A stretch of 32,000 bases of DNA, from the NCBI RefSeq assembly GCF_000011805.1, contig NC_006841.2. One strand, given 5' to 3'. The DNA is from Aliivibrio fischeri ES114. Lineage in GTDB: Bacteria; Pseudomonadota; Gammaproteobacteria; Enterobacterales; Vibrionaceae. Below, in pieces: positions 17,825 through 26,477 of this stretch. Under the pieces are notes generated by a model. The model was given only the letters and a program-made list of their open reading frames with translations, ran no database searches and was not told where the DNA came from. A program made the translations under genes and the position numbers. Numbering within the stretch: position 1 is the stretch's first letter; every line of letters starts with the position of its first letter.

Positions 17825-19300
17825 CTAAAAGCGTCGATTTAGAAGTGTGATAAATTGTCTTTTTCTATCTGACTTCCATCCGTATTCCATGGCTAATGAC
17901 CAATTTTGATTAAATACGTAGTTAGCCCCAACTAAGCTAGCCCATTTATCCGTATTACTTTGTTTTACTTTATAGTCAATACCAACCCCTTCGTAGTTAT
18001 ACGTTCCGGTTAGTGTCAATGTGCTATCTAAATAGGTACCGCCGGCATATACGGCGATAGATTGAGGGCCAGTGATCGGGAATATCTTTCCTACCCTAGG
18101 TGAGATATTGACGATTAAGCCTTCTGCATCATTCTTTTTCATATCAGCGTAAGTTACTGAAATAGGTAGAGTGACGAAATAACTGTTCCACCCTGAAGCC
18201 AATACGGTTCCTAAGGTATAGTTTGTACCTTCTAAATGCGCGGTGACACTTACGCTAGGATCTCTACCTTGAAATATTTTACATATGGGTTTGTTTTTTA
18301 TTAGGCTGCAATCTTTGCCAAGTTGATTAAGTAAATCATCGCCGCTGAATTGTATTCCTATATCAGCCGTCCCTTTAATTTTCCCTACCGCCCCAAAGAC
18401 ATTCATAAAAGGAAATAGCCACGCATCTAGCTTTAGCTGAGGCGATTTTGTGTTATTACTGTTGTTATCAAAAGAAACAAAATCAATAGGGTACTGTTTA
18501 GAGCCATTAATACCCACATCTAAATCACTGATATCCATGTATTGAAAAGTATCTGTATAGATGATGCTTACGCCATAAGGTTTGGGTAATGAGTAACCTT
18601 TATCAATGACTGCTTGTGCATAAAAAGGAAGTGACCTTTCCCATTTTTTCGGGGCTTTTGTTGGTTTTGGTGAATGGCTATCAGCTTCTGTAGGCTCGGT
18701 TTTATTTGGAATCGTAAAGTCACCTAATCCTGTATCGTTTAAATCATGGTTAACGGAGGTTGATAAGTAGCGCAATGTTCCTGTTGCACCGAAACCTGAA
18801 TTTGATAGCACATAGACTGGAACATCGTTTTCTGCATCAAGAAGTGCGGCTGAAGTCGTTGTCCCTTCATCATCAAGGTTTAAGGCCGCTTCAAGTGAAA
18901 GAGTGTGGACTCCTCGCTTGTATTCAGCTATTGCTTCTTCTGTATCAAAAATAGCGAGGGCTTCATAATTACCAAGAGCCAAGCCAATACCAAGGTCATA
19001 TCGGTTAACATCAATATAAGTAATTGAAGAATCTTCATTATTATAAATAGCGCCTCTTCCTGTCGCCCCTCCAATTGCAGGAACCATGATGCCTGATAAA
19101 CTGACTGTACCATAGCCTTTTGCTGATTGAAGTTGGTCGGCAACATCAGGGTAGTCTTTACTGATTTTAGTGATGATCTCAGAGGAGGTGGTATTTATTT
19201 TGTTTCTTACATCGTCTCTGTCTTTTTTGGGAACATGAGAGCTGCAACCTACCAATATTCCTAAATAACAAAACCATAAAATACGAATCACCATATGCAT
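17825..19300 (-). CDS. lipoprotein with an N-terminal SYLF/Ysc84-like region and a C-terminal beta-barrel-like region
   Basis: Lipobox ILVGCSS. It ends in an aromatic residue (RRF) after alternating beta-strand-like sequence. The likely start is the ATG at 19294, based on AGGA spacing. Domain calls are tentative. Confidence 0.7.
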   Translation of the reverse strand: MHMVIRILWFCYLGILVGCSSHVPKKDRDDVRNKINTTSSEIITKISKDYPDVADQLQSAKGYGTVSLSGIMVPAIGGATGRGAIYNNEDSSITYIDVNRYDLGIGLALGNYEALAIFDTEEAIAEYKRGVHTLSLEAALNLDDEGTTTSAALLDAENDVPVYVLSNSGFGATGTLRYLSTSVNHDLNDTGLGDFTIPNKTEPTEADSHSPKPTKAPKKWERSLPFYAQAVIDKGYSLPKPYGVSIIYTDTFQYMDISDLDVGINGSKQYPIDFVSFDNNSNNTKSPQLKLDAWLFPFMNVFGAVGKIKGTADIGIQFSGDDLLNQLGKDCSLIKNKPICKIFQGRDPSVSVTAHLEGTNYTLGTVLASGWNSYFVTLPISVTYADMKKNDAEGLIVNISPRVGKIFPITGPQSIAVYAGGTYLDSTLTLTGTYNYEGVGIDYKVKQSNTDKWASLVGANYVFNQNWSLAMEYGWKSDRKRQFITLLNRRF

Positions 19301-19818
19301 AATCCTTTAGCTAAAGCTGATCGAAGCGAAAAAGAGAGTGGGATCTAAAGCGCATTAATTCTTTTGGCCACCGTATTTGTGAATAATTAAGTATAAGGTA
19401 TTTATTTGTGACTGCTTGGTTTTTAAGGAAATAAAATTACTATTAGTTGTTTTCGTTATTCATTGTCGCTTTTGTTCAATTTTCAAATAAATAGGAAGAT
19501 TATCATACTCTGAACTAATTATATTCTTTCTGTAAAAACGGAAAAATAGTGGGGCTAATTGATGAGAAAAAAAGTAAAACTTCATTTGTTTATCATCTTG
19601 TTGTAAATAATTGCTACCAAGATCTTAAAACGATGAAAAAGAGAGGTTCATCGAAAAACTTTCATTGCTATTTTTTCTGTATACGGTGGTAAAATCTCGG
19701 AGCAAAATAGAGGAGTTTAACCCCCCTGTTTTATGAGGGATTTGCATTAGATTGCTTACCATTGATTTTAAATACTTTTATCAATGGTAAACAATCTACC
19801 ATATGTATGGAGCAACAA

Positions 19819-20880
19819 ATGAGTGAGCAAATTCTCACACTATCGCAACTAGGCTGGCGACCTTATTTTCAACAACAACTGACTTTCGAAGATTTAACTG
19901 ATTTTCAGGTTGGTCGAATTATTGAACAGCATCGAAGCAATGTGATTGTTTTGAGTGAGCAAGGCCAAGTGAGTTTATTACCACCATCTGGTGATGAGCG
20001 TGTTTGTGTGGGTGATTGGGTACTATTTGATGAAGACCTACGAATTCAGCGTGTACTAGATAGACAGTCATTGTTTGATCGTAAAGCACCGGGTTCTAAA
20101 GTCGCATCACAGCTGATTGCTGCGAATGTTGATAGTGTCATGATCGTATGTTCTCTGAATAACGATTTCAATTTGAGCCGTATTGAGCGTTATCTTGCTA
20201 TTGCAAAAGAAGCTGAAGTAGAGCCTGTGGTTGTTCTGACTAAAGCTGATTTATGCGACGATGCTGATGATAAACAAGATCAAGTGCAAAAACTGAATCG
20301 TATGATGAGCGTATACAGTGTGAATGCGCTAGATGCGAAAGAGCTAACAGCGTTACATAGTTATTGTAAAAATGGTCAGACTATCGCTTTCTTAGGTTCA
20401 TCTGGTGTTGGTAAATCAACATTAGTTAATGGATTGCTTGGATTTGAAGCTCAAGAAACGGGCGAAATCCGTGAAGATGACAGCAAAGGTAGACATACAA
20501 CAACACACCGAGCTCTTAAGCTAATGCCACAAGGCGGTTTGTTAATGGATACTCCTGGAATGCGCGAATTGCAACTAGCAGATTGCGAGCAAGGTGTGAA
20601 TGCTACATTTAGTGAGATTACAGATCTTGCGCTAACGTGTCGTTTTAGTGACTGTTCACACACCAAAGAGCCGGGTTGTGCTGTACTAAAAGCGGTTGAT
20701 TCTGGTGAGCTAGATGAGCGTCGTTTGGTGAGCTACCAAAAGCTAATGCGTGAGCAAGCTATTAATGGTGCAAGCCTAGCTGAACAACGCGCAAAGGATA
20801 AAGCCTTTGGTAAAATGGTACATGGTGCTATTGCTGAAGCTCGTAGCCGTAAAAAAGGGTATGAGACAAGCGCTTATTAA
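19819..20880 (+). CDS. rsgA: ribosome small-subunit-dependent GTPase RsgA/YjeQ family (paralogue)
   Basis: G1 motif GSSGVGKST, DTPGMRE and Zn knuckle CRFSDCSHTKEPGCAV. The ATG at 19819 follows a GGAG SD. Confidence 0.85.
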   Translation: MSEQILTLSQLGWRPYFQQQLTFEDLTDFQVGRIIEQHRSNVIVLSEQGQVSLLPPSGDERVCVGDWVLFDEDLRIQRVLDRQSLFDRKAPGSKVASQLIAANVDSVMIVCSLNNDFNLSRIERYLAIAKEAEVEPVVVLTKADLCDDADDKQDQVQKLNRMMSVYSVNALDAKELTALHSYCKNGQTIAFLGSSGVGKSTLVNGLLGFEAQETGEIREDDSKGRHTTTHRALKLMPQGGLLMDTPGMRELQLADCEQGVNATFSEITDLALTCRFSDCSHTKEPGCAVLKAVDSGELDERRLVSYQKLMREQAINGASLAEQRAKDKAFGKMVHGAIAEARSRKKGYETSAY

Positions 20881-20898
20881 TATACAAAGATAACTTAT

Positions 20899-20937
20899 AA
20901 AACCGCCTTTATTATTTTGAATAAAGGCGGTTTTTTG
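20899..20937 (+). terminator. rho-independent terminator
   Basis: AACCGCCTTTAT / ATAAAGGCGGTT stem followed by T-run. Confidence 0.85.
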
Positions 20938-21109
20938 CTATCTGGCTATACAACTATTATATATTTATCTATATGACGTGAATTGAAGGCATTCTTAAAA
21001 ATATTAATTATGTAATCTAGGTGACACCTTGCATGAAGATGGGAGTGGTGTTCTACGTTTTTTAACTGAATAATAGTGGAATGTGTGAATTTAAGAGGGA
21101 ATTAATTAG

Positions 21110-21634
21110 ATGAATAATAAACATATAGGTGAGTTAGTATTAAGTACTGAACAGATAAAAGCTGGTGTTAGGTTAGTTGCTGATAAATTAAATCAACAAT
21201 TTGCAGGTGAGGAGATCATTATAGTATCTATGGTTCCCGGTGGGATTCTTTTTAGTGCGGATCTTGTAAGGGAACTGACGTTAGATATTAAAATGGATTA
21301 TGTTTCATGCCCACATACACCAGGCGATAGTAACAACAGTTCAAATATTGTATACCACCAAAATATACCTATCAAAGAAAAGCATGTTGTACTGGTTGAT
21401 GATGCTATTGAATCAGGAGGTACAATGAAGCGAGTCGCTAGGTATATGGCTGAAGAATTCGGCGTTAAATCACTTTCTATTGCGACGTTATTTGTAAAAC
21501 CGGGTCGAGTTGATATTCCATACCCTCAATATTTTGCTTATGAGATGGAGAATGATGATATGTTGGTTGGCTATGGATTGCCTTGGCAGGATAAACACCG
21601 TAACATTCCGTTTGTTTCGAAACTAATAAAGTAG
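21110..21634 (+). CDS. type I phosphoribosyltransferase, Hpt-like
   Basis: 174 aa, collinear with hypoxanthine PRTases. PRPP loop VVLVDDAIESGGTM. Confidence 0.8.
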   Translation: MNNKHIGELVLSTEQIKAGVRLVADKLNQQFAGEEIIIVSMVPGGILFSADLVRELTLDIKMDYVSCPHTPGDSNNSSNIVYHQNIPIKEKHVVLVDDAIESGGTMKRVARYMAEEFGVKSLSIATLFVKPGRVDIPYPQYFAYEMENDDMLVGYGLPWQDKHRNIPFVSKLIK

Positions 21635-21693
21635 TGTGAGTTTTAGAGCTCCTATTTTAAAAGAATCAATATAGTCCATTAAGAGAATAAGTT

Positions 21694-21945
21694 ATGAACA
21701 ACGATGCAGACATCATCACAAACCTAGAAGATCTAGAAACGTTTTTAATCTCAATTGAAAATGGTGGTTTTGGCTTAACAAATGTTGCCGGTATTGCATT
21801 AGCAACAAGCAATAAAGATGGTCGCCGTTTTGTTGCCGTATTGGATGATAAGCACCAGCTTTTATTGTCTCGTTGGGTAACAGAGGAAGTGTTTCAAACG
21901 GGGCAAGATTTAGTGCGTAACGGTCCAAGCCGAACAACACATTAA
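21694..21945 (+). CDS. hypothetical 83-aa protein
   Basis: An ORF 59 nt downstream of the PRTase gene on the same strand. The SD is weak and I recognise no family. Confidence 0.45.
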   Translation: MNNDADIITNLEDLETFLISIENGGFGLTNVAGIALATSNKDGRRFVAVLDDKHQLLLSRWVTEEVFQTGQDLVRNGPSRTTH

Positions 21946-21960
21946 TTATTGTTCTGAGTT

Positions 21961-22014
21961 CTATTGTTTCTAACTAGGAAAACTGATTTATAAAGTAATG
22001 GTTAGGAACAATAG
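21961..22014. repeat. 14-bp inverted repeat (long hairpin) between convergent genes
   Basis: CTATTGTTTCTAAC (21961-21974) pairs with GTTAGGAACAATAG (22001-22014), with one U-G pair and a 26-nt loop. No U-tract on either strand. Confidence 0.6.
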
Positions 22015-22154
22015 AAAGTAATGATGGCGCATATGAAGAAAACAAACACTATTGCTTCAATCAGCCACTCTTTGTCATCCCAGCCTAATAGTTTTATCTC
22101 TGCTTTCGTTAGTTTGATTTCCAAGTCTTCAAAATCATCATTTAAATCGCACAT
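22002..22154 (-). CDS. small tail-anchored membrane protein (50 aa), paralogue of 24956-25159; not in the ORF track
   Basis: Hand translation gives MCDLNDDFEDLEIKLTKAEIKLLGWDDKEWLIEAIVFVFFICAIITFYCS. AGGA lies 6 nt upstream. It aligns with the N-terminal half of the 67-aa ORF at 24956-25159. Confidence 0.7.
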   Translation of the reverse strand: MCDLNDDFEDLEIKLTKAEIKLLGWDDKEWLIEAIVFVFFICAIITFYCS

Positions 22155-22256
22155 AGCCATTCCTTTTTATGTCTGAAATTTAAAGTGATCTTATCGCTCC
22201 TTTTGGTTTAGAAAAATTGAATAATTTAAAACCAGTATTTAATTAAATTAAACAAG

Positions 22257-22284
22257 AAAGAGGAGGTCGGTACCGCTCCTCTTT
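22257..22284 (-). terminator. terminator of the 76-aa membrane protein gene
   Basis: AAAGAGGAG..CGGTACCG..CTCCTCTTT hairpin. The minus strand continues CTTGTTTAATTT. Confidence 0.65.
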
Positions 22285-22297
22285 GCTTATCTATTTA

Positions 22298-22528
22298 TTA
22301 TTTGATTGTATCCTTTCGATTCATGTACTTAGCGATAAAGTAAGGAGGAATTAAAAAGATTAAAAAATAGATGGATTCATGGATGAATATGGATGCTATT
22401 TTCTCTTCATGGTTTAAGTAAGCAAATAAAGCCGATATATCCAAAAGGATATAGAGTGTTGCTAATACACTTGAAATGATGAAAGCCAAGCCGAGAATAT
22501 CTCTTTGATAAGCTTTTGATATCGTCAT
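22298..22528 (-). CDS. hypothetical small membrane protein (76 aa, 2-3 TM segments)
   Basis: GAAGGA SD 7 nt upstream, hydrophobic segments and its own terminator. Confidence 0.6.
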   Translation of the reverse strand: MTISKAYQRDILGLAFIISSVLATLYILLDISALFAYLNHEEKIASIFIHESIYFLIFLIPPYFIAKYMNRKDTIK

Positions 22529-22844
22529 TTTTATTCCTTCAAAAATGTTAGGTACAAAATAACTTACGCCTAATCATCCGGTGATTTTTTGCGCTATATC
22601 AATAATTATTTTTTGTGTGTGGAAAGTAAGATTTACTATTTGATAATTAAAGAAAAATTGGATTATTGCTGTTAATTACGTTCTTTTATAGTGCTAATTA
22701 ATTGGTAATAATTAACAGTTAAGTAACTATTTTTATACAACCTATTGATAAGAAAGAGAAAGTTTGAGAATTATAAGTCAAAAGTCTGGTTTCATAATAT
22801 GAAAGTGGTAGCATGATCTGGTGTGTTATTTAAGGAATAGAAAA

Positions 22845-23030
22845 ATGGTCACCACCACTCCAACGCGTTTTAAAGTTAAAGTGAACACAAGCAAAGGAAG
22901 CTCTTATTGGACACTTAGTGGTTCTACAACCATTTTTGAAGAAGCTGTTGTTTTTACTATGGAATCCATGCCAGATTTCTTTCGACAGTCGCTTAATCAG
23001 GATTCTATTGAATTATTACCTGTTGAGTAA
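22845..23030 (+). CDS. hypothetical 61-aa protein
   Basis: An ATG at 22845 follows an AAGGAA SD. A strong terminator lies 35 nt downstream. Confidence 0.5.
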   Translation: MVTTTPTRFKVKVNTSKGSSYWTLSGSTTIFEEAVVFTMESMPDFFRQSLNQDSIELLPVE

Positions 23031-23064
23031 AAGAGAAAAAATGCAATTTGTAGTGCATGAGTAT

Positions 23065-23098
23065 AAAGGACAACGTTAATTTAGCGTTGTCCTTTTTA
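23065..23098 (+). terminator. rho-independent terminator
   Basis: AAGGACAACG-ttaatttag-CGTTGTCCTT followed by TTTATTT. Confidence 0.85.
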
Positions 23099-23363
23099 TT
23101 TAATAACTATAAATAGCCATGTATATAGATTATTTATCTGCAATGGTGCGTTATTTTTAATTTATATGAGTGTAAATAACAATATTGTTAGTTATTAATA
23201 AATAAATTTAAGGGTTGGTTCTCATTCTGTTAAATAGAAAAAGTTGACACTTAAGTTTGGGACTTATGCATCAAATGGTGAAAGCTTCAGATGATATAAA
23301 GGCAAAAAATGCACCTACAAAAAGTAGGTGTTAATAATGTCATTATAATTCTGGAGTAGTAGT

Positions 23364-24878
23364 ATGCAAGACAATAATGCACGATTTCCCACGATAGCTA
23401 AGGTTTTGATCCTCAGACAATTTTTATGGGGTGCCGCTTTTTATGGTGCCTTTGTACTTCTCACTAAATTCTTTCTCGATGATCTTAATTATAGCGAAGC
23501 TGATACCATAATGATGATGGGGGCCTTTGGTGCCGTTGGCCCTGTATTTTCTGCCGTTGGTGGTTTTTTAGCTGATAAGTTTATAGGTGCATTTCGTGCT
23601 GTATATATAGGTTATGCCACTTATTTAGCCGGTTTTTTATTATTAGGTATTGGTGCGAGTCAACTTAATGTGCCTATGAGTATTCTGGCTATTGCCTTAA
23701 TTGGTTTTGCTCGTGGATTATCAGCAACATGCCCAACGGTTCTTTTTGGGAATTCATATTCAGAAACTAACCGCGAGGCTTTTCAACAAGGTCTTACTGT
23801 AAATTATTCAATTAACAATCTTGGTTCTTTTTCAGCTAAATATCTTTTTCCTTTTTTAATTGCTTACCTAGCTTATCAAGGCGTATTTTTTGTATCTGCT
23901 ATTTTAATGGCGCTAAATTTACTTATGTTTTATAAGTTCCGTAAAGAGCTAGTGAGTGTTGGTAATGATTTAGATAAAACGCCATTACCACTAAAAACTT
24001 GGGTTATGTTTTTTGCTGGTTCAGCTGCAATGCTAGGTCTAATATTTTGGATATTTTCAAACCTTGAAACGGGTAAATACATTCTTTATACCTTGGGCTT
24101 TGGTGCGATTGGTTATTTTATTTATGAGATAACTCAAGCTACACGCGCATATCAATACAAAATGGTGGCAGTATTAATTACGGTTTGTATTCTTATTGTG
24201 TTCTATTTCTTTTATGGCCAAATGTTTACCTCAATGAACATGTACGCCATTAATTTAATGGATGATACGCTACTTGGTTTTATTCCTATCCATCCTGAAT
24301 CGAATATGGCATTTAACCCTCTATGGTGTTTTGTTCTTGGTGGGCCAATGATTCAACTTTATGCATGGTTAGATCGTAAAGGATATTCGCCAACAATTCC
24401 GACCAAAATTGCGGGTGCATTCATGCTAAGTACCATTGCTTTTGGGTTATTAGGACTTTCTGCAGGATCAATTGGTGAGAATGGTAAAATATCAGCAGAT
24501 TGGATATTACTGGTTCACTTTTTTCAATCAGGGGCTGAGCTTATTGTTGGTGCTTTGGGGGCTGGGTTTATTTTTGAAATGGTGCCACGTTACCTTGCTG
24601 CATTTTCAATTGGTTTACGCGCGGTTGCGATTTCATTAAGTGGTATTTTAGCGGCAGTTATTGCGACTAAAATTGCGTTACCAAAAGACATTGTGTTTAC
24701 ACCAGAAGTGGTTGAAACCGTGTATACCAGTTACTTTTATATGCTAGCGCAAGTTGCGGCATTTATGGCGATTTTAACTTTAGGATTATCTAAAGTGATT
24801 CAAAAGTTAATTGCTCGAGGTGAAGCGTTAGAAGCAGAAGAAAAAGTAGACACAACAATGAGATCAAATATCGGTTGA
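23364..24878 (+). CDS. POT/PTR2-family (MFS) peptide transporter, divergent
   Basis: 504 aa, polytopic. GGFLADKFIGAFR resembles the POT signature GG..AD...G.R. Confidence 0.75.
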   Translation: MQDNNARFPTIAKVLILRQFLWGAAFYGAFVLLTKFFLDDLNYSEADTIMMMGAFGAVGPVFSAVGGFLADKFIGAFRAVYIGYATYLAGFLLLGIGASQLNVPMSILAIALIGFARGLSATCPTVLFGNSYSETNREAFQQGLTVNYSINNLGSFSAKYLFPFLIAYLAYQGVFFVSAILMALNLLMFYKFRKELVSVGNDLDKTPLPLKTWVMFFAGSAAMLGLIFWIFSNLETGKYILYTLGFGAIGYFIYEITQATRAYQYKMVAVLITVCILIVFYFFYGQMFTSMNMYAINLMDDTLLGFIPIHPESNMAFNPLWCFVLGGPMIQLYAWLDRKGYSPTIPTKIAGAFMLSTIAFGLLGLSAGSIGENGKISADWILLVHFFQSGAELIVGALGAGFIFEMVPRYLAAFSIGLRAVAISLSGILAAVIATKIALPKDIVFTPEVVETVYTSYFYMLAQVAAFMAILTLGLSKVIQKLIARGEALEAEEKVDTTMRSNIG

Positions 24879-24904
24879 TATAAAGTAGTAAGATGAGCAA
24901 AAGA

Positions 24905-24937
24905 AATAAGAAAAGAGCGAATAGCTCTTTTCTTATT
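24905..24937. terminator. bidirectional terminator (perfect 14-bp stem)
   Basis: AATAAGAAAAGAGC-gaata-GCTCTTTTCTTATT. There is a T5 run on the minus-strand side. Confidence 0.8.
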
Positions 24938-24955
24938 CTGTTTGGTGGGAAAGAG

Positions 24956-25159
24956 TCAAATTATACCGCCATGTTGAAGTTCATCGGAAAAGGAAAAAAA
25001 GAGATAAGCTCCACTGGAAATCAAGAAAACAAAAACAAGCTCTTCAAAAGTCCAAGTTTTTATATTCCATTTTCTTTTATTCCACCCCAGATCCTTTAAT
25101 TCTTTTTGATCTAATTCTATCTCTAGATCCTTAAAGTAGTCATCTAAATCGTCACACAT
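24956..25159 (-). CDS. small tail-anchored membrane protein (67 aa), paralogue of 22002-22154
   Basis: AGGAGGG SD 6 nt upstream of the ATG. Acidic N-terminus MCDDLDDYFKDLEIELDQKELKDLGW and a hydrophobic C-terminal segment. Terminator 19 nt downstream. Confidence 0.7.
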   Translation of the reverse strand: MCDDLDDYFKDLEIELDQKELKDLGWNKRKWNIKTWTFEELVFVFLISSGAYLFFSFSDELQHGGII

Positions 25160-25485
25160 ACGTAGCCCTCCTAGAACGTAACTATTCAGCTTGATCTAGA
25201 CTACGCCAATTATCTCATTTGCATAGCTGATATAAATTACAGTAATTAATAATATTAGTTATGTATCAGTTAAAATCGACCGATATAAGCTTTACCAATT
25301 AAGTTTGTGTCTTTTTTAGATAAATGGTGATTAATGTGCGTGAGCGTATCTGCTTTCACCTCACTTAATTTTCCTTTTATTGGTAATAAATTTGAGCCAT
25401 GCGTACTATCAATCATGCAGTATTATGTTAGTTTTCAACGACAATTAGCCGCCAATACGACGGCTAATAATGGAGTAATTGAATG

Positions 25486-26298
25486 TTATTTAGATAGTTC
25501 AGCGGCTGTATCAACAAAAATACCTTGGATATCTTTTGCTTCGCGCTCTGTTTGTCCGCCATGTTTTAAAAATGCAGAGATAATAGCGGCTGTTTTTTGC
25601 TCTTTAGCACGCTCTAAAAAGTAACGTAACTCTAATTCTGCACCCGCGTCTTCATCTTTAATTGATGCCGCAATGATCTTTTTGTACATCACAATATCAC
25701 GCACTTCTAATGTGCTAATCACACCTAAAGTCATGGCTAAAAAGTTATCCATTTCCGCTTTAGGAACAAATTGAGTAATGATATTTAAGTTTTCAGCTTG
25801 TTGTGCTGTGAAATCGTTACCCAATAGAAGAGCTTGTAATGCTTTGTTTTTACCCATTCTTCTTGCGAACTGAACCGCACCTTGTCCACCAGTAGGGATG
25901 TTTACGTGAACTTCTGGTTGAGCAAATGCTGCATTCTCGGTGCCATAAGCAAGATCACACGCCATAACAAACTCATTACCGCCCCCACGAGCCACACCAT
26001 CAACTAAAGCAACAGAGACTTGTTTCATTGCTTTGATGTTCATGATCATGTGGTTGAACTCAATAGACGCTGCTTGACCGCCTTGCGTACCGTTGATCAC
26101 GTTTAGATCAAGATGCGCTAAAAAGAAGGTTTCATGCAATGATTTAAACACCACAACTTTAGTATCTCTGTCATCTTTTAAAGAAAGTACATACTCATTA
26201 ATTTCGTTAATTAGATTAATGGTTAATACATTCACTGGTGGGTTATTGATAGCTACTGTTGCGATGCCATTTTGGTTAGTGATTGATAATGTTTTCAT
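25486..26298 (-). CDS. enoyl-CoA hydratase/isomerase (crotonase) family protein
   Basis: 270 aa with a typical crotonase N-terminus (GIATVAINNPPVN...) and oxyanion-hole region GGGNEF. GAGGAAG SD. Confidence 0.85.
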   Translation of the reverse strand: MKTLSITNQNGIATVAINNPPVNVLTINLINEINEYVLSLKDDRDTKVVVFKSLHETFFLAHLDLNVINGTQGGQAASIEFNHMIMNIKAMKQVSVALVDGVARGGGNEFVMACDLAYGTENAAFAQPEVHVNIPTGGQGAVQFARRMGKNKALQALLLGNDFTAQQAENLNIITQFVPKAEMDNFLAMTLGVISTLEVRDIVMYKKIIAASIKDEDAGAELELRYFLERAKEQKTAAIISAFLKHGGQTEREAKDIQGIFVDTAAELSK

Positions 26299-26477
26299 AA
26301 TGTACTTCCTCTAAATCGCCTATCGGCTAGTTTAAATATGGTTACGTTGAGAGAGTGTCCTCTGCGTCAGTGAGGTAACTATAAGCAATCCATTAGATGA
26401 GAAAAATACTAATAAAGACACAATATTGATGCTAAAATTGCACCAATGCTGTTTTTATTTATTCTCGTGAGGCTCAA

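Noticed and set aside
19562-19700. Mini-ORFs of 14 and 19 codons in the 518-bp lipoprotein/rsgA intergenic region
   Set aside because: They have weak or no SD, are AT-rich chance ORFs, and have no associated attenuator structure.
21019-21064. Possible purine riboswitch or attenuator upstream of the Hpt-like gene (GGGAGTGGTGTTCTAC, followed by a T-run)
   Set aside because: It matches the purine-riboswitch core only superficially. I could not build the P1/P2/P3 helices. Only a 6-bp stem with a G-U pair and an 18-nt loop precedes the T-run.
10235-21940. Track ORFs 10235-10447, 11087-11272, 13409-13603, 15728-15991, 16662-16850, 18760-18954, 18928-19146, 20451-20666 and 21716-21940
   Set aside because: All are nested in or antisense to longer ORFs with clear family signatures. 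None has an SD or a recognisable motif.
24893-25099. 68-aa plus-strand ORF overlapping the small paralogue gene
   Set aside because: It is Lys-rich and low-complexity, starts inside the 14-bp terminator hairpin and has no SD. The opposite-strand ORF has an AGGAGGG SD and a paralogue.
25234-25247. Palindrome AATTACAGTAATT, which resembles parS2
   Set aside because: Its half-sites are 2 nt closer together than in TTTACA-N-TGTAAA, so it does not fit the consensus.
25270-25624. 48-aa minus-strand ORF (25270-25416) and track ORF 25334-25624(+)
   Set aside because: Neither has an SD. The plus ORF overlaps the crotonase 3' end and its terminator. Neither has a recognisable family.
26391-26412. ATTAG-N12-CTAAT as a LysR box in the crotonase/LysR divergent region
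   Set aside because: The spacing does not fit the T-N11-A rule, and the arms are only 5 bp in AT-rich DNA.
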